A stretch of DNA of 64,000 nt from Pseudomonadota bacterium (GTDB taxonomy: Bacteria; Desulfobacterota; Binatia; Binatales; Binataceae), in assembly GCA_021323675.1 (NCBI GenBank), contig JAJPKP010000071.1, positions 64,969 through 128,968 of the forward strand. The letters run 5' to 3'. Position 1 is the stretch's first letter; every line of letters starts with the position of its first letter. A model generated the notes under the pieces. It worked only from the letters and a program-made list of their open reading frames with translations. It was not told the origin of the DNA and searched no databases. Positions 36,963 through 46,249 of the stretch are shown piece by piece. Position numbers and translations under genes: made by a program.

Positions 36963-36987
36963 GATATTGAGAATGATTCTCAATATC
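36963..36987. promoter_or_regulatory. 25-bp perfect palindrome resembling a Fur box (GATATTGAGAATGATTCTCAATATC)
   Basis: 12-bp arms around a central G. It is an AT-rich island in GC-rich DNA, made of GATAAT-like hexamers comparable to the canonical Fur box GATAATGATAATCATTATC. It lies 19-43 nt upstream of the proposed start of the cupredoxin gene. Confidence 0.5.
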
Positions 36988-37717
36988 CTGAAAGCCGCGA
37001 ACCTTGTCAACCCCCTTCCCCGCCGGGATTCAGTTCAACCCCGATTCGCTCTTTTTATCGAAACGCGAGAATTGCGCCCATCCAATGGATTGGTAGCGTG
37101 TGTGCGCGCGCCCGTCGCGAAGTTCGAAAATGCCGGACAGGGTCCTTGCGCGAACGTCTCGATGCGGCGCGTCCTGGCGGGCTCCGGCAGTTCCATCCCG
37201 CTTGCGTCCAATGGGATTATCGAACCGGGCCGGTCATTCACCCTGAACGACCATTTGCATCGCATGCACGTGTAGCGGTACGGCTGCGGCGCGCGCCATC
37301 CCGATTTGGGCAAAGTCTCGATGACGAAGTTGTGGCGAGTCTCGCGCGCCGGAAACCCGTTGCCGAAGTTCCTGAGATGCGCCGCGTAAGAGACGCTAGC
37401 CGCCCGGCTCCTGCGCTCACGCCAGAACTCCTGGATGCGAGTCACCGTGGCCGCAAGCGAGACGGCTATAGGCCCGATCGATGCTCCAGGTTTTCCGTAG
37501 GCTTCCATCGCGGATCTCCCTGGATCCGACAACAGCAAGCAGCGCGCCGAATGCTGGATCGCGTTCGCGGACTTCGCCGCAGGGCCGGTTCATGCGGCAG
37601 CAGACCGCAATAAGGCGAACAAGAACGGGGATTTAATTCGATCGCCGCGCCATGGACAGAGCCTTATGGCCGCTTGTGCGCGCGGCGCGGGAGGGCGATC
37701 TCTCGATGCAAAATGAA

Positions 37718-37747
37718 GCGCGAGCATTCAAAATGAAATGCTCGCGC
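37718..37747 (-). terminator. hairpin overlapping and following the bioB stop codon (no U tract)
   Basis: 11-bp stem gcgcgagcatt / aatgctcgcgc with an 8-nt loop, extended by an outer aatgaa/ttcatt pairing (37712-37758). Confidence 0.25.
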
Positions 37748-37753
37748 TCGCCT

Positions 37754-38737
37754 TCATTCATCGACCGGCATCGGTTCAATCTTCAGGGAATCGAACAGCT
37801 TGCGGTCGCGGTTCAGCTCCGGGTTGGCGGTGGTCAGAAGCTTGTTTCCGACAAAGATCGAGTTGGCGCCCGCGAGATAGCAGAGCGCCTGGGCCTCGTC
37901 GGTGAGGCTTTCGCGGCCCGCCGACAGCCGCACCATCGAAAGCGGCATCGTAATTCGGGCGGCCGCGATGGTTCGAACCAGCTCGAAGACTTCGGGGCGT
38001 TCGCAGGCGCCCAGCGGCGTGCCCCGAGTCCGCGCCAGCAGATTGATGGGAACGCTTTCGGGATGCGCAGGAAGCGTGGCCAGGGTGTGGATCATTCCGA
38101 TCCGGTCCTCGCGCGCCTCGCCCATCCCGACAATTCCCCCGCAGCACACCTTGATGCCGGCGTTACGGACATTCGCGAGCGTATCGAGCCTGTCCTGATA
38201 GGTTCGCGTGGTTACGACCTTGCCGTAGTACTCCTCGGAAGTGTCGATATTGTGATTGTAGAAATCGAGGCCCGCGGCTTTCAGGCGCCGGCTCTGCTCA
38301 GCCGTCAGCATCCCGAGCGTCGCGCAGGTCTCGAGCCCCAATCGCCGCACACCTTCGACCATGGCGCACACCTTTTCAAGGTCGCTGTCGCGCGGATTGC
38401 GCCAGGCGGCGGCCATGCAGTAACGCGTGGCGCCGTTGGCCTTGGCGCGGGCCGCTTGAGCCAGCACGGCATCAAGAGGCATCAGCTTTTCCGACTTGAC
38501 GCCGGAGTCGAAGTGCGCGCTCTGCGCGCAATAGCCGCAATCTTCGGGGCATCCACCGGTCTTGATCGAGAGCAGAGTGGACAGTTGAACCTGGTTCGGC
38601 TTGAAATGCCGGCGATGAACCGTCTGCGCGAGATAGATCAGATCGGACAATGGCATCTCGAACAGCGCCGCGATTTCGGCCCGCGCCCAATCGTGGCGCG
38701 GCCTGGCCTCATCGGCCGGAAAGACACATTCCGCCAT
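37754..38737 (-). CDS. bioB: biotin synthase
   Basis: Radical-SAM motif CPEDCGYC and full BioB similarity. Confidence 0.9.
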   Translation of the reverse strand: MAECVFPADEARPRHDWARAEIAALFEMPLSDLIYLAQTVHRRHFKPNQVQLSTLLSIKTGGCPEDCGYCAQSAHFDSGVKSEKLMPLDAVLAQAARAKANGATRYCMAAAWRNPRDSDLEKVCAMVEGVRRLGLETCATLGMLTAEQSRRLKAAGLDFYNHNIDTSEEYYGKVVTTRTYQDRLDTLANVRNAGIKVCCGGIVGMGEAREDRIGMIHTLATLPAHPESVPINLLARTRGTPLGACERPEVFELVRTIAAARITMPLSMVRLSAGRESLTDEAQALCYLAGANSIFVGNKLLTTANPELNRDRKLFDSLKIEPMPVDE

Positions 38738-38773
38738 CGCAAAATACTCCTTTGCAGGCTGCTCTCTATATGA

Positions 38774-39913
38774 CTAGTAGTGATTCAGGCGGGCCAGCTT
38801 GTCGGCGTGAAAATTCGCGTCGCCAAACAACTCCTGCCCCACGCGCACCCGTTTCATGAACAGGCCGGCGTCGAATTCGTCGGTCATCCCGATTCCGCCG
38901 TGCATCTGGACGCCCTCCTGCACGGCCAGGGTGGCGACGCTCCCCGCCTTGGCCTTGGCCATCGAGACTACCGCCCCGGCGTTTTCGAAGGATTCGTCCA
39001 GGGTTTGCAGCGCCTTGAGCACGGCGGATCGCGCCAGTTCGAGCTCGCAGTAAAGATGGGCCGCGCGATGCTGCAGCGCTTGAAATTCGCCAATCAGTTT
39101 GCCGAATTGCTTGCGCTCCCGGAGATAGGTGACGGTCCGCGCGAATATTTCATCCGCCGCGCCGAGCAATTCAGCGGCGATGGCGGCGCGTCCGGCATTG
39201 AGAGCGCCTTCCAGGGTTTTCCATCCCTGGCCGGGCGTTCCAAGAATCGCATCGGCCGCAACCGCGACGTTGTCGAATTCGAGCCGCGCCGAATTGTGCG
39301 CATCGACCATCGAAGTGCGCTCGACCTTGAGTCCCTTTGCCTTCCCGTCGACCAAAAAGAGGGTCAATCCCCTTTCTTCGCCGGGGGACCCCGACGTGCG
39401 CACGCCGACGATGATCAAATCGGCCACGTGGCCGTCGATCACGAAGGTTTTTGCGCCGCTTAGAACAAACCCGTTTGCCTTGTTGGAGGCTTTGAGCGCC
39501 GTTTTTTCGGGGCGATGCTTCGCGGCCTCATCGATGGCGAGCGTGGCGATCAGGTCACCGGCTGCGATGCGGGGCAGAAAGGCCTTCTTCTGCGCTTCGC
39601 TCCCCGAGCGCACCAGCGCGGTCGCGGCCACCACCGACGTCGCGAGCAGAGGCGACGGCGTGAGCGTATGCCCGAGTTCTTCCATCACGACGCCGGCCTC
39701 TACATATCCGAGGCCAAGGCCATCGTAATCGGGCGGCACCAGAATTCCCGCCCATCCCATCTCGGCAAATTCCTTCCAGAGTTTGCGCGAAAAGCCGACG
39801 GAATCAGGCGTGTCGCGCAGTTGGCGCAGATGAGCGATGGGAGCGTTCTTGCTCAGAAAACTCCGCGCGTTGTCGCGGAGCATCGATTGTTCAGAGGTAA
39901 GTACAAGAGCCAT
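38774..39913 (-). CDS. acyl-CoA dehydrogenase family protein
   Basis: ACAD N-terminal, middle and C-terminal domains (GGIGMTDEF). Confidence 0.85.
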   Translation of the reverse strand: MALVLTSEQSMLRDNARSFLSKNAPIAHLRQLRDTPDSVGFSRKLWKEFAEMGWAGILVPPDYDGLGLGYVEAGVVMEELGHTLTPSPLLATSVVAATALVRSGSEAQKKAFLPRIAAGDLIATLAIDEAAKHRPEKTALKASNKANGFVLSGAKTFVIDGHVADLIIVGVRTSGSPGEERGLTLFLVDGKAKGLKVERTSMVDAHNSARLEFDNVAVAADAILGTPGQGWKTLEGALNAGRAAIAAELLGAADEIFARTVTYLRERKQFGKLIGEFQALQHRAAHLYCELELARSAVLKALQTLDESFENAGAVVSMAKAKAGSVATLAVQEGVQMHGGIGMTDEFDAGLFMKRVRVGQELFGDANFHADKLARLNHY

Positions 39914-39949
39914 CTTTGCAAAACCAATTTTTCGGCAAATTACGCGGGG

Positions 39950-41134
39950 CTATGCGCCCGGGAGATTAAGGATACGTTTGGCGATGATGTTGAGCTGAAT
40001 CTCGCTGGTGCCGCCCTCGATCGAGTTGGCCTTCGATCGCAGCCATGACCGCACCGTGAAGCCGTCGCGCGAGCGCGGCCCCTCCCATTCGAGGGCCTCG
40101 GATCCGCCCGCCGCCACCATCAACTCCAACCGGCGCTTGTTCAATTCCGCGCCGTAGTATTTGAGCATCGAGGAGACCGCGGGATGCGCCTGTCCGGTCT
40201 TGAACAGGTCGCCGACTCGATCGAGCGTGAGCGCGAAGGCCCATGAATCGACCTCGAACGATGCGATCTGCGCCCGCAGCACAGGGTCCGCCAGTCTGCC
40301 ATCCTCCGTCCCCACCGTATCGGCGGCGACTTCACCGAGCGAGCGATGCCGCCCGCCGGTCATCCCCATTCCACCGATCATCTCGCGCTCGTGAGTCAGC
40401 AGGAATTTCGCGATCTCCCATCCCTTGTTCAACTGGCCGACGAGATTTGCCTTGAGAACCTGCACATCCTCGAAGAACGTCTGGCAGAAGGGAGACTTGC
40501 CCGAGATCAGAGTGATAGGCGAAGTCGAGACGCCGGGGCTTTCCATGTCGAAGAGAACAAAGCTGATCCCCTCGTGCTTGGGCGCCTTCGGATCCGTCCG
40601 CACGAGGCAGAAGATCCAGTCAGCCTTGTCGGCATACGAGGTCCAGATTTTCGATCCGTTAACGACGAAGTAGTCGCCGCGATCCTCGGCGCGCGTCTGC
40701 AGAGAGGCGAGGTCGGAACCGGATCCAGGCTCCGAGTAACCCTGGCACCATCGAATTTCGCCGCGCGCGATCTTGGGCAGATGCTCGCGCTTTTGTTGCT
40801 CGTTGCCGTACTTCAGCAGCGCCGGCCCGAGCATCCAGATGCCGAAGCTGTCGAGCGGCGAGCGGCAGCCGAGCGCGCGCATCTCCTCGCGCAAAATCTT
40901 GGCTTCCTCGTGCGAAAGACCACCGCCGCCATACTGCCGGGGCCATTCGGGAACGGTCCAACCCTTCGCCGCCATCCGCTCCAGCCATACGCGCTGTGCC
41001 TCGGACTTGAAGACCCATTTGCGTCCGCCCCAGCAGGTGTCTTCCTCGCTCTCGGGCGGCTGGCGCATCTCGGCCGGGCAATTCGCCTCGAGCCATGCGC
41101 GGGTTTCCTTGCGAAAGGTTTCCAGATCGGCCAT
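39950..41134 (-). CDS. acyl-CoA dehydrogenase family protein
   Basis: ACAD fold (CQGYSEPGSGSDLASL, EGGTSEIQLNIIAKRIL). Start placed at ATG 41134 (MADLETFRK) with an AGGAGA Shine-Dalgarno; the ORF track uses GTG 41173. Confidence 0.8.
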   Translation of the reverse strand: MADLETFRKETRAWLEANCPAEMRQPPESEEDTCWGGRKWVFKSEAQRVWLERMAAKGWTVPEWPRQYGGGGLSHEEAKILREEMRALGCRSPLDSFGIWMLGPALLKYGNEQQKREHLPKIARGEIRWCQGYSEPGSGSDLASLQTRAEDRGDYFVVNGSKIWTSYADKADWIFCLVRTDPKAPKHEGISFVLFDMESPGVSTSPITLISGKSPFCQTFFEDVQVLKANLVGQLNKGWEIAKFLLTHEREMIGGMGMTGGRHRSLGEVAADTVGTEDGRLADPVLRAQIASFEVDSWAFALTLDRVGDLFKTGQAHPAVSSMLKYYGAELNKRRLELMVAAGGSEALEWEGPRSRDGFTVRSWLRSKANSIEGGTSEIQLNIIAKRILNLPGA

Positions 41135-41274
41135 TTGTTCCGCTCTCTCCTGAAATCGAGTTTCGGACGCCACAGTTTGCCATGTCCTGCGCGGTTAATT
41201 CTACGGGAGACGAACGGCGGCTTTGACGTGCAAGGGCACTTGTTGGCTATATTCACGGCGGGAGAGAGACAGCG

Positions 41275-42339
41275 ATGGAATTCGGAACCCTGATTTTTAC
41301 CAAGCCCGAGCGCGCGATGCGCGATGTGCCGTATGCCGAGGAGCGCGGATTTTCGCACGCCTGGATTCCCGATTCTCACATGATCTGGGGCGACACCTAC
41401 GCGTGCATGGCGCTTGCCGCAGTCAATTCCAAACGCATCAAGCTCGGCACCGGCGTGGCGATCTCGACCAATCGCATCCCGCCCGTGACCGTCCATGCGA
41501 TCGCCACCATCAACCAGCTTGCACCCGGACGCACCATCCTTGGCTTCGGAACCGGACACACCGGGCGCAGGGTGATGGGACTGCCGCCCGTGAAGCAGGA
41601 AGTCTTCCGCGAAGAGGTGCGGGTCATCCACGATCTGCTTCGCGACGGCGAGGCCGACTACCGGACCGAAGGGATGGAGCGAAAGATCCGCTTTCTTCAT
41701 CGCGACCTTCGGTTTATCAATCTCGACGACAAGATTCCCTTCTATGTAGCGGCCAACGGCCCGAAGACGCTGGCGCTTGCGGGCGAATTCGGCGACGGTG
41801 TCATCACGACCGGCATCACCACGCCAGAGCGGATGGCGACGGTTCGCAAGCATATCGAAGAAGGAGCGCGAAGGTCGGGACGGTCGGGCAAGGATCTGCC
41901 GGTGGTCTCGCTGACTCACGTCTGCGTTCTCAGGCCGGGCGAGGCGATCGATTCGCCGCGAGTGAAGGCGATGACGGGACCGTGGGTGATGGCTTCGCTG
42001 CACGCGATTGCGGCCGGCTATGCGCGCCCTACTTCGCTTGCGCCCGAGGTCAGCAAGGTTTACGACGAATACGCGGCGCACGTCGCGCGGATGCCCGAAC
42101 GGGAGCGCTATCTCCATGTCCATCTCGGGCATTGCACGTTCGTAGCTCCCGAGGAGAGAAAATTCGTCACGGCGGAAACGATTCGCGCCACAACCATCGT
42201 TGGCGAGCGCGAAGCGGTGATCGATCAATTGCGCGCGCTGGATAAAGCGGGGCTGAGCCAGATTTTCCTGAATCCGCCGATGGACGGATTCAACGAGTGT
42301 CTTGACGACATCTCGCGCGAACTGATCGGCCGCGTGTAG
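41275..42339 (+). CDS. LLM-class flavin/F420-dependent oxidoreductase
   Basis: Luciferase-like TIM-barrel similarity. GGGAGAGAGA Shine-Dalgarno. Confidence 0.8.
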   Translation: MEFGTLIFTKPERAMRDVPYAEERGFSHAWIPDSHMIWGDTYACMALAAVNSKRIKLGTGVAISTNRIPPVTVHAIATINQLAPGRTILGFGTGHTGRRVMGLPPVKQEVFREEVRVIHDLLRDGEADYRTEGMERKIRFLHRDLRFINLDDKIPFYVAANGPKTLALAGEFGDGVITTGITTPERMATVRKHIEEGARRSGRSGKDLPVVSLTHVCVLRPGEAIDSPRVKAMTGPWVMASLHAIAAGYARPTSLAPEVSKVYDEYAAHVARMPERERYLHVHLGHCTFVAPEERKFVTAETIRATTIVGEREAVIDQLRALDKAGLSQIFLNPPMDGFNECLDDISRELIGRV

Positions 42340-42352
42340 CGCCCGACGCCGC

Positions 42353-43579
42353 CTAGAACGGGTAGTTGATGCCGGAGAAGATGGCGGCGCCTTCGCCGCC
42401 GTAGCCTATATCGACGAAACCGACCACGAAGGGATCCGCGATGCCGCGGAAGCCCACGCCGCCGACCGGATGAAGTTCGCTTACCGGATTGTAATTGAGG
42501 TTGTGCGCGACGCGCCCGGCTTCAGCGAAAGGCGCTACTTCCAGGGTGCCGTGGGTCCCGAACAGATTGGCGTCCCATACGCGAGTACGCATCTCGACGT
42601 TCGCCTCGACGAGGTTATTGTCGACGAAGCGGCCGGCGCCATAGCCGCGCAGCGTCTCCTGGTCGGTGAGGAGGCTTTCATCGCCGCCCAGCCGGGCCTG
42701 CGCCCAGAAAGGCATCTCGTTGCCGGCCGGTTCGTACTCCATGAACAGATGCCCCGCGAAGGTGATGCGCGGGTCCACCGTGAAATACTTGCGCAGCTCG
42801 TATCCGAAGCGGGTGTAAGAGGATGAGCTGCCGAGCGCGCGGTCGGCGACACTTCCGTAGATGCGATAGAGTCCGCCGCTTCTCGGAATATCCACGGAAT
42901 CGCGGTTGTCGTATTGAACCATCAACTGCGTCAGCACTTCGCTGCCGCCGTTGACTCCCTTCTGATTGGGAAAGAGCTGGAAAATCGGAGGAAGCGAAGT
43001 AAAGGCGCCGTCGTAGATCCGCACCCATCGCGGCCGCTCCATCAACTGCACCTGCAGCTTATCGGTGATATTGAGCCCGAGCGATGCCATCCCGTAGAGC
43101 TGCTGCGTGGTGTAGTTGGTTTCGTTGCCCTGAGAGGAGTCATTTCCCACTCCGTAGAACCGGTCAGTGGGATCGCGCTCGAAAAAGAAGCGGCCTTCAA
43201 AAGAAAGCAGGTCCTGATGCGTTCGGCCGGTCTGATAATCGAGGTCCACGTGGCGGGCGATCTGCTGCGCGCCCCCGGCCGTCGCGTACCAATTCGTATC
43301 TTCCGAGGGATACGAGAGATAGCGAAACGTGCCACCCGCCCCAAGCGTGGTGTTCCAATTGACATCCGGCGCGAAGATGTCGCGAATCTGGTTGCGGGTA
43401 TCGGTGAACAGAAAGACCGGCAGCACGCCTACCGTGGTGCCGCCATTCGGATCGGTCGCCACTTCGGGAACGGGGATGAACGGCCACGAGGCCGGATCCA
43501 TCAGATCGTAGGCAGACGCGATCGAAGTCCAGATTAGACTGGATAGCAGCAGCGCGGTTGCAGCGAGAGCCCGCTTCAT
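42353..43579 (-). CDS. Omp85/BamA-family (bacterial surface antigen) outer-membrane beta-barrel protein
   Basis: Signal peptide (MKRALAATALLLSSLIWTSIASA), 16-strand-type barrel similarity, and a terminal aromatic residue (…GINYPF). Confidence 0.65.
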   Translation of the reverse strand: MKRALAATALLLSSLIWTSIASAYDLMDPASWPFIPVPEVATDPNGGTTVGVLPVFLFTDTRNQIRDIFAPDVNWNTTLGAGGTFRYLSYPSEDTNWYATAGGAQQIARHVDLDYQTGRTHQDLLSFEGRFFFERDPTDRFYGVGNDSSQGNETNYTTQQLYGMASLGLNITDKLQVQLMERPRWVRIYDGAFTSLPPIFQLFPNQKGVNGGSEVLTQLMVQYDNRDSVDIPRSGGLYRIYGSVADRALGSSSSYTRFGYELRKYFTVDPRITFAGHLFMEYEPAGNEMPFWAQARLGGDESLLTDQETLRGYGAGRFVDNNLVEANVEMRTRVWDANLFGTHGTLEVAPFAEAGRVAHNLNYNPVSELHPVGGVGFRGIADPFVVGFVDIGYGGEGAAIFSGINYPF

Positions 43580-43892
43580 CACAATTCTCACAACGAACGC
43601 ACGCACCGCCACGGATCGGGTCTCGACACGGCAAGTCGCAGCGGGACTGACTCAAACTGACAGGCTTCAGGCGCTCGATCAATACACAAGTGGGCCGCGG
43701 ATGGGGGCATCGGGGACCGCCAATTGCCGGCGATGCGCTTTTCGCTGACGCGCAAAATGTGCAAGGATTCGGTTCCATAGGGAATCCGCTTCCTGCGCGC
43801 CGAGACCCGCAACACCTGCGGGCTCGTAGCGCCCTTCGCGCCACCGTGCCGGAGCTAAGGAGGCGGGGAATAATCCGACGGAGGACTCTTAG

Positions 43893-45584
43893 ATGGCAAA
43901 GGTAGACGGCGGCGAGTTGATCGCGCGCGTGATGCGGGAGAATCGGGTCCGCTATTGTTTCGCAATCAACGGCGGGCACCTGTTTCCGATCCTCGCGCAA
44001 CTGCGCGGCCACGACATCAAGCTCATCCATATGCGCCATGAGCAGGCCACTGCGTATGCCGCCGATGCGTACTCGCGCATCAGCGGAGAACCGGGGGTTT
44101 GTATGGTGACGGCGGGATGCGGCCTGACCAACGCCGTTACCGGGCTGTGCGTCGCGGGCCTGACGAACTCCGCCGTGGTCTGCATCTCCGGTCAGCATCC
44201 GAACACCGAGGATCACCTCGGATCGTTCCAGGAAGCCTACGGCTCGGAGGTCGTAAACAGCTTCTCCAAGTTCACCAAGCGCGTTACCGATTGGAGCACG
44301 ATCGAGTTCGACCTGCGATCCGCGTTTCGCGAGGCGATTTCTCCGCCGCAGGGCGTGGCGCTGTTCGAGATTCCGCAGAACATCCTCTACCATCACGACG
44401 AAGATGGGCGCCAGCGCAAGGGCGCGCGCGGCTTTACCGTGGACGATCTCCGATGCGAGGGCGACCCGGCGAAGATCGATCGTGCGGTCGAGATGCTGCA
44501 TGCCGCCGAACGGCCGCTGATCGCGGGCGGCGACGGCCTTTTCTGGTCGCAGGCCGCGCCCGAGATGAAGGAGTTTGTCGAGCTCACCGGCATTCCGATC
44601 TATGCGCGCCGCGCCGGCCAGGGCGTCGTCTCGGAAGAGCATCCGCTGGCGATTCGCGGTGCGTTCAAGAAGCCATTCACCGGCCGCGCGGATGTGGTGC
44701 TCGCGATCGGCTTTCGCTTCTGGAGCGGCGAGCATTTTGGCCAGCCGCCGACCTGGACCGACAAGGCGAAATATATTCAGGTCGATCCGACTCCCACGCG
44801 AATCGGATGGCAGGTCAACGCGGATTTGCCCATCGTCGGCGACCCGAAACTGGTCCTCCGCCAGCTCATCAATCGCATCAAGGAACTCAAGCTCGATTTC
44901 TCGAAGAACCGCACTTCGGAATGGACCAGGGAGGTCATGGCAACGCGCCAGCGCTTTGACGCCCAGATTCGCGAGCAGAACGCCAAGGTCAGCGGCGCGC
45001 GCCCGATTCATCCGGCGCGGCTGTGCGAAGACCTGATCAAGGTCATGGACAAGAATGCGACAACCATCATCGACAGCTTCACGCTATCCGGATGGATGAG
45101 CCGGGCGTTTACTTGCCGATTCATGGGACAGGTTGTCGATGCGGGTCCGCTCGCGCCCGTCGGCCACGGTGTCGGGATGGCGATCGGAGCGCAACTGGCG
45201 CGCCCCGGCCAGCAGATCGTGAACATCTCGGGCGACGGCGGCCTGGGGATCGGCGGCTTCGATATGGAGACGGCGGCGCGTTACAAACTGCCGATCGTCA
45301 CGGTGCTGTGGAACAACAGCTCATGGGGTCCGAACTTCGACCAGATGCCGGGACTCAAGGGCCGCACCGATCCTTTCAACATGCTGCCCGAGATCAGGTA
45401 CGACAAGATCTTCGAGGAGATGGGATGCCACGGCGAGCACGTCGCGACTCCCGAGCAGATCGTTCCCGCGCTCGAACGTGCTTTCAAATCGGGCAAGCCT
45501 GCGCTGATCAACGTCATCGGCGATACCAGCGTCGGCAACGCGACCCTGGGCGGCAATCTGCTGGGTTCCACGGGTTCCAACTGA
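43893..45584 (+). CDS. thiamine-pyrophosphate-dependent enzyme (acetolactate synthase large subunit / benzoylformate decarboxylase family)
   Basis: TPP N-terminal, central and C-terminal domains (GDGGLGIGGFDMETAARYKLPI). GGAGGA Shine-Dalgarno. Confidence 0.85.
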   Translation: MAKVDGGELIARVMRENRVRYCFAINGGHLFPILAQLRGHDIKLIHMRHEQATAYAADAYSRISGEPGVCMVTAGCGLTNAVTGLCVAGLTNSAVVCISGQHPNTEDHLGSFQEAYGSEVVNSFSKFTKRVTDWSTIEFDLRSAFREAISPPQGVALFEIPQNILYHHDEDGRQRKGARGFTVDDLRCEGDPAKIDRAVEMLHAAERPLIAGGDGLFWSQAAPEMKEFVELTGIPIYARRAGQGVVSEEHPLAIRGAFKKPFTGRADVVLAIGFRFWSGEHFGQPPTWTDKAKYIQVDPTPTRIGWQVNADLPIVGDPKLVLRQLINRIKELKLDFSKNRTSEWTREVMATRQRFDAQIREQNAKVSGARPIHPARLCEDLIKVMDKNATTIIDSFTLSGWMSRAFTCRFMGQVVDAGPLAPVGHGVGMAIGAQLARPGQQIVNISGDGGLGIGGFDMETAARYKLPIVTVLWNNSSWGPNFDQMPGLKGRTDPFNMLPEIRYDKIFEEMGCHGEHVATPEQIVPALERAFKSGKPALINVIGDTSVGNATLGGNLLGSTGSN

Positions 45585-45688
45585 TCGCCGTTTCAAACGA
45601 TCGATCAAACCGCGGGCGGAGGGCGAGACGCTTTCCGCCCGCGCTTCTCGCCAGACCTTCCCGACTACGCCCACGACGGCGATCAAAC

Positions 45689-46165
45689 ATGATGCGTACC
45701 TTGTCTCAAGCGTTACTTGCCACTCTGGTATCTCTGGTCGTATGCGCCTGCCATCCCGCCGCGCCCGGAACCATTTCCTGTCCTTCGGGCACCAAGGCGA
45801 TGGGAGAGCCGCCGCCCAACGGACAGGAAATGTGGTGCCAGAAGATGGTCAACGGCGAAGCCGTCAAGGATGGTCCCTTCGTCCTCTACCGTCCGGATGG
45901 TTCGCTGATGATGCGCGGGCAGTATCACGACGGGAAACAGGACGGCGAATGGACGATGTGGTACGACAACGGCCAGAAAGCCTCGATAGACCACTACAAA
46001 GACGGCGTGCAGGACGGCCAGCATATCGGCTGGTACACGAACGGCAAGATCTCCGCGATGGGCCAATACAAGGATGGCAAGCGCGAAGGCGTCTGGAAGC
46101 GATGGGACCCGCAGGGATTCCGGAACTGGGAAGAGACGTACAAGGACGACAAGCAGATCTCGTAA
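45689..46165 (+). CDS. lipoprotein with MORN-variant repeats (YwqK-like)
   Basis: Lipobox LVVCAC followed by repeated DG..G.W..Y..NG units. The ORF-track start at 45023 is a run-on extension. Confidence 0.65.
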   Translation: MMRTLSQALLATLVSLVVCACHPAAPGTISCPSGTKAMGEPPPNGQEMWCQKMVNGEAVKDGPFVLYRPDGSLMMRGQYHDGKQDGEWTMWYDNGQKASIDHYKDGVQDGQHIGWYTNGKISAMGQYKDGKREGVWKRWDPQGFRNWEETYKDDKQIS

Positions 46166-46249
46166 GCGCCGCTTTCGGCGTGAAGATGGTCGGAACGATT
46201 GGAGTTCCGGCGGAAAACCCTGAATGAATCCCCGACTTCGGCGGGTGGT

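Noticed and set aside
43197-45011. 604-aa minus-strand ORF
   Set aside because: Antisense to the TPP-dependent enzyme gene.
45023-46165. 380-aa ORF overlapping the TPP-enzyme 3' end
   Set aside because: Run-on extension. Only the C-terminal part from ATG 45689, the MORN-repeat lipoprotein with its signal peptide, is supported.
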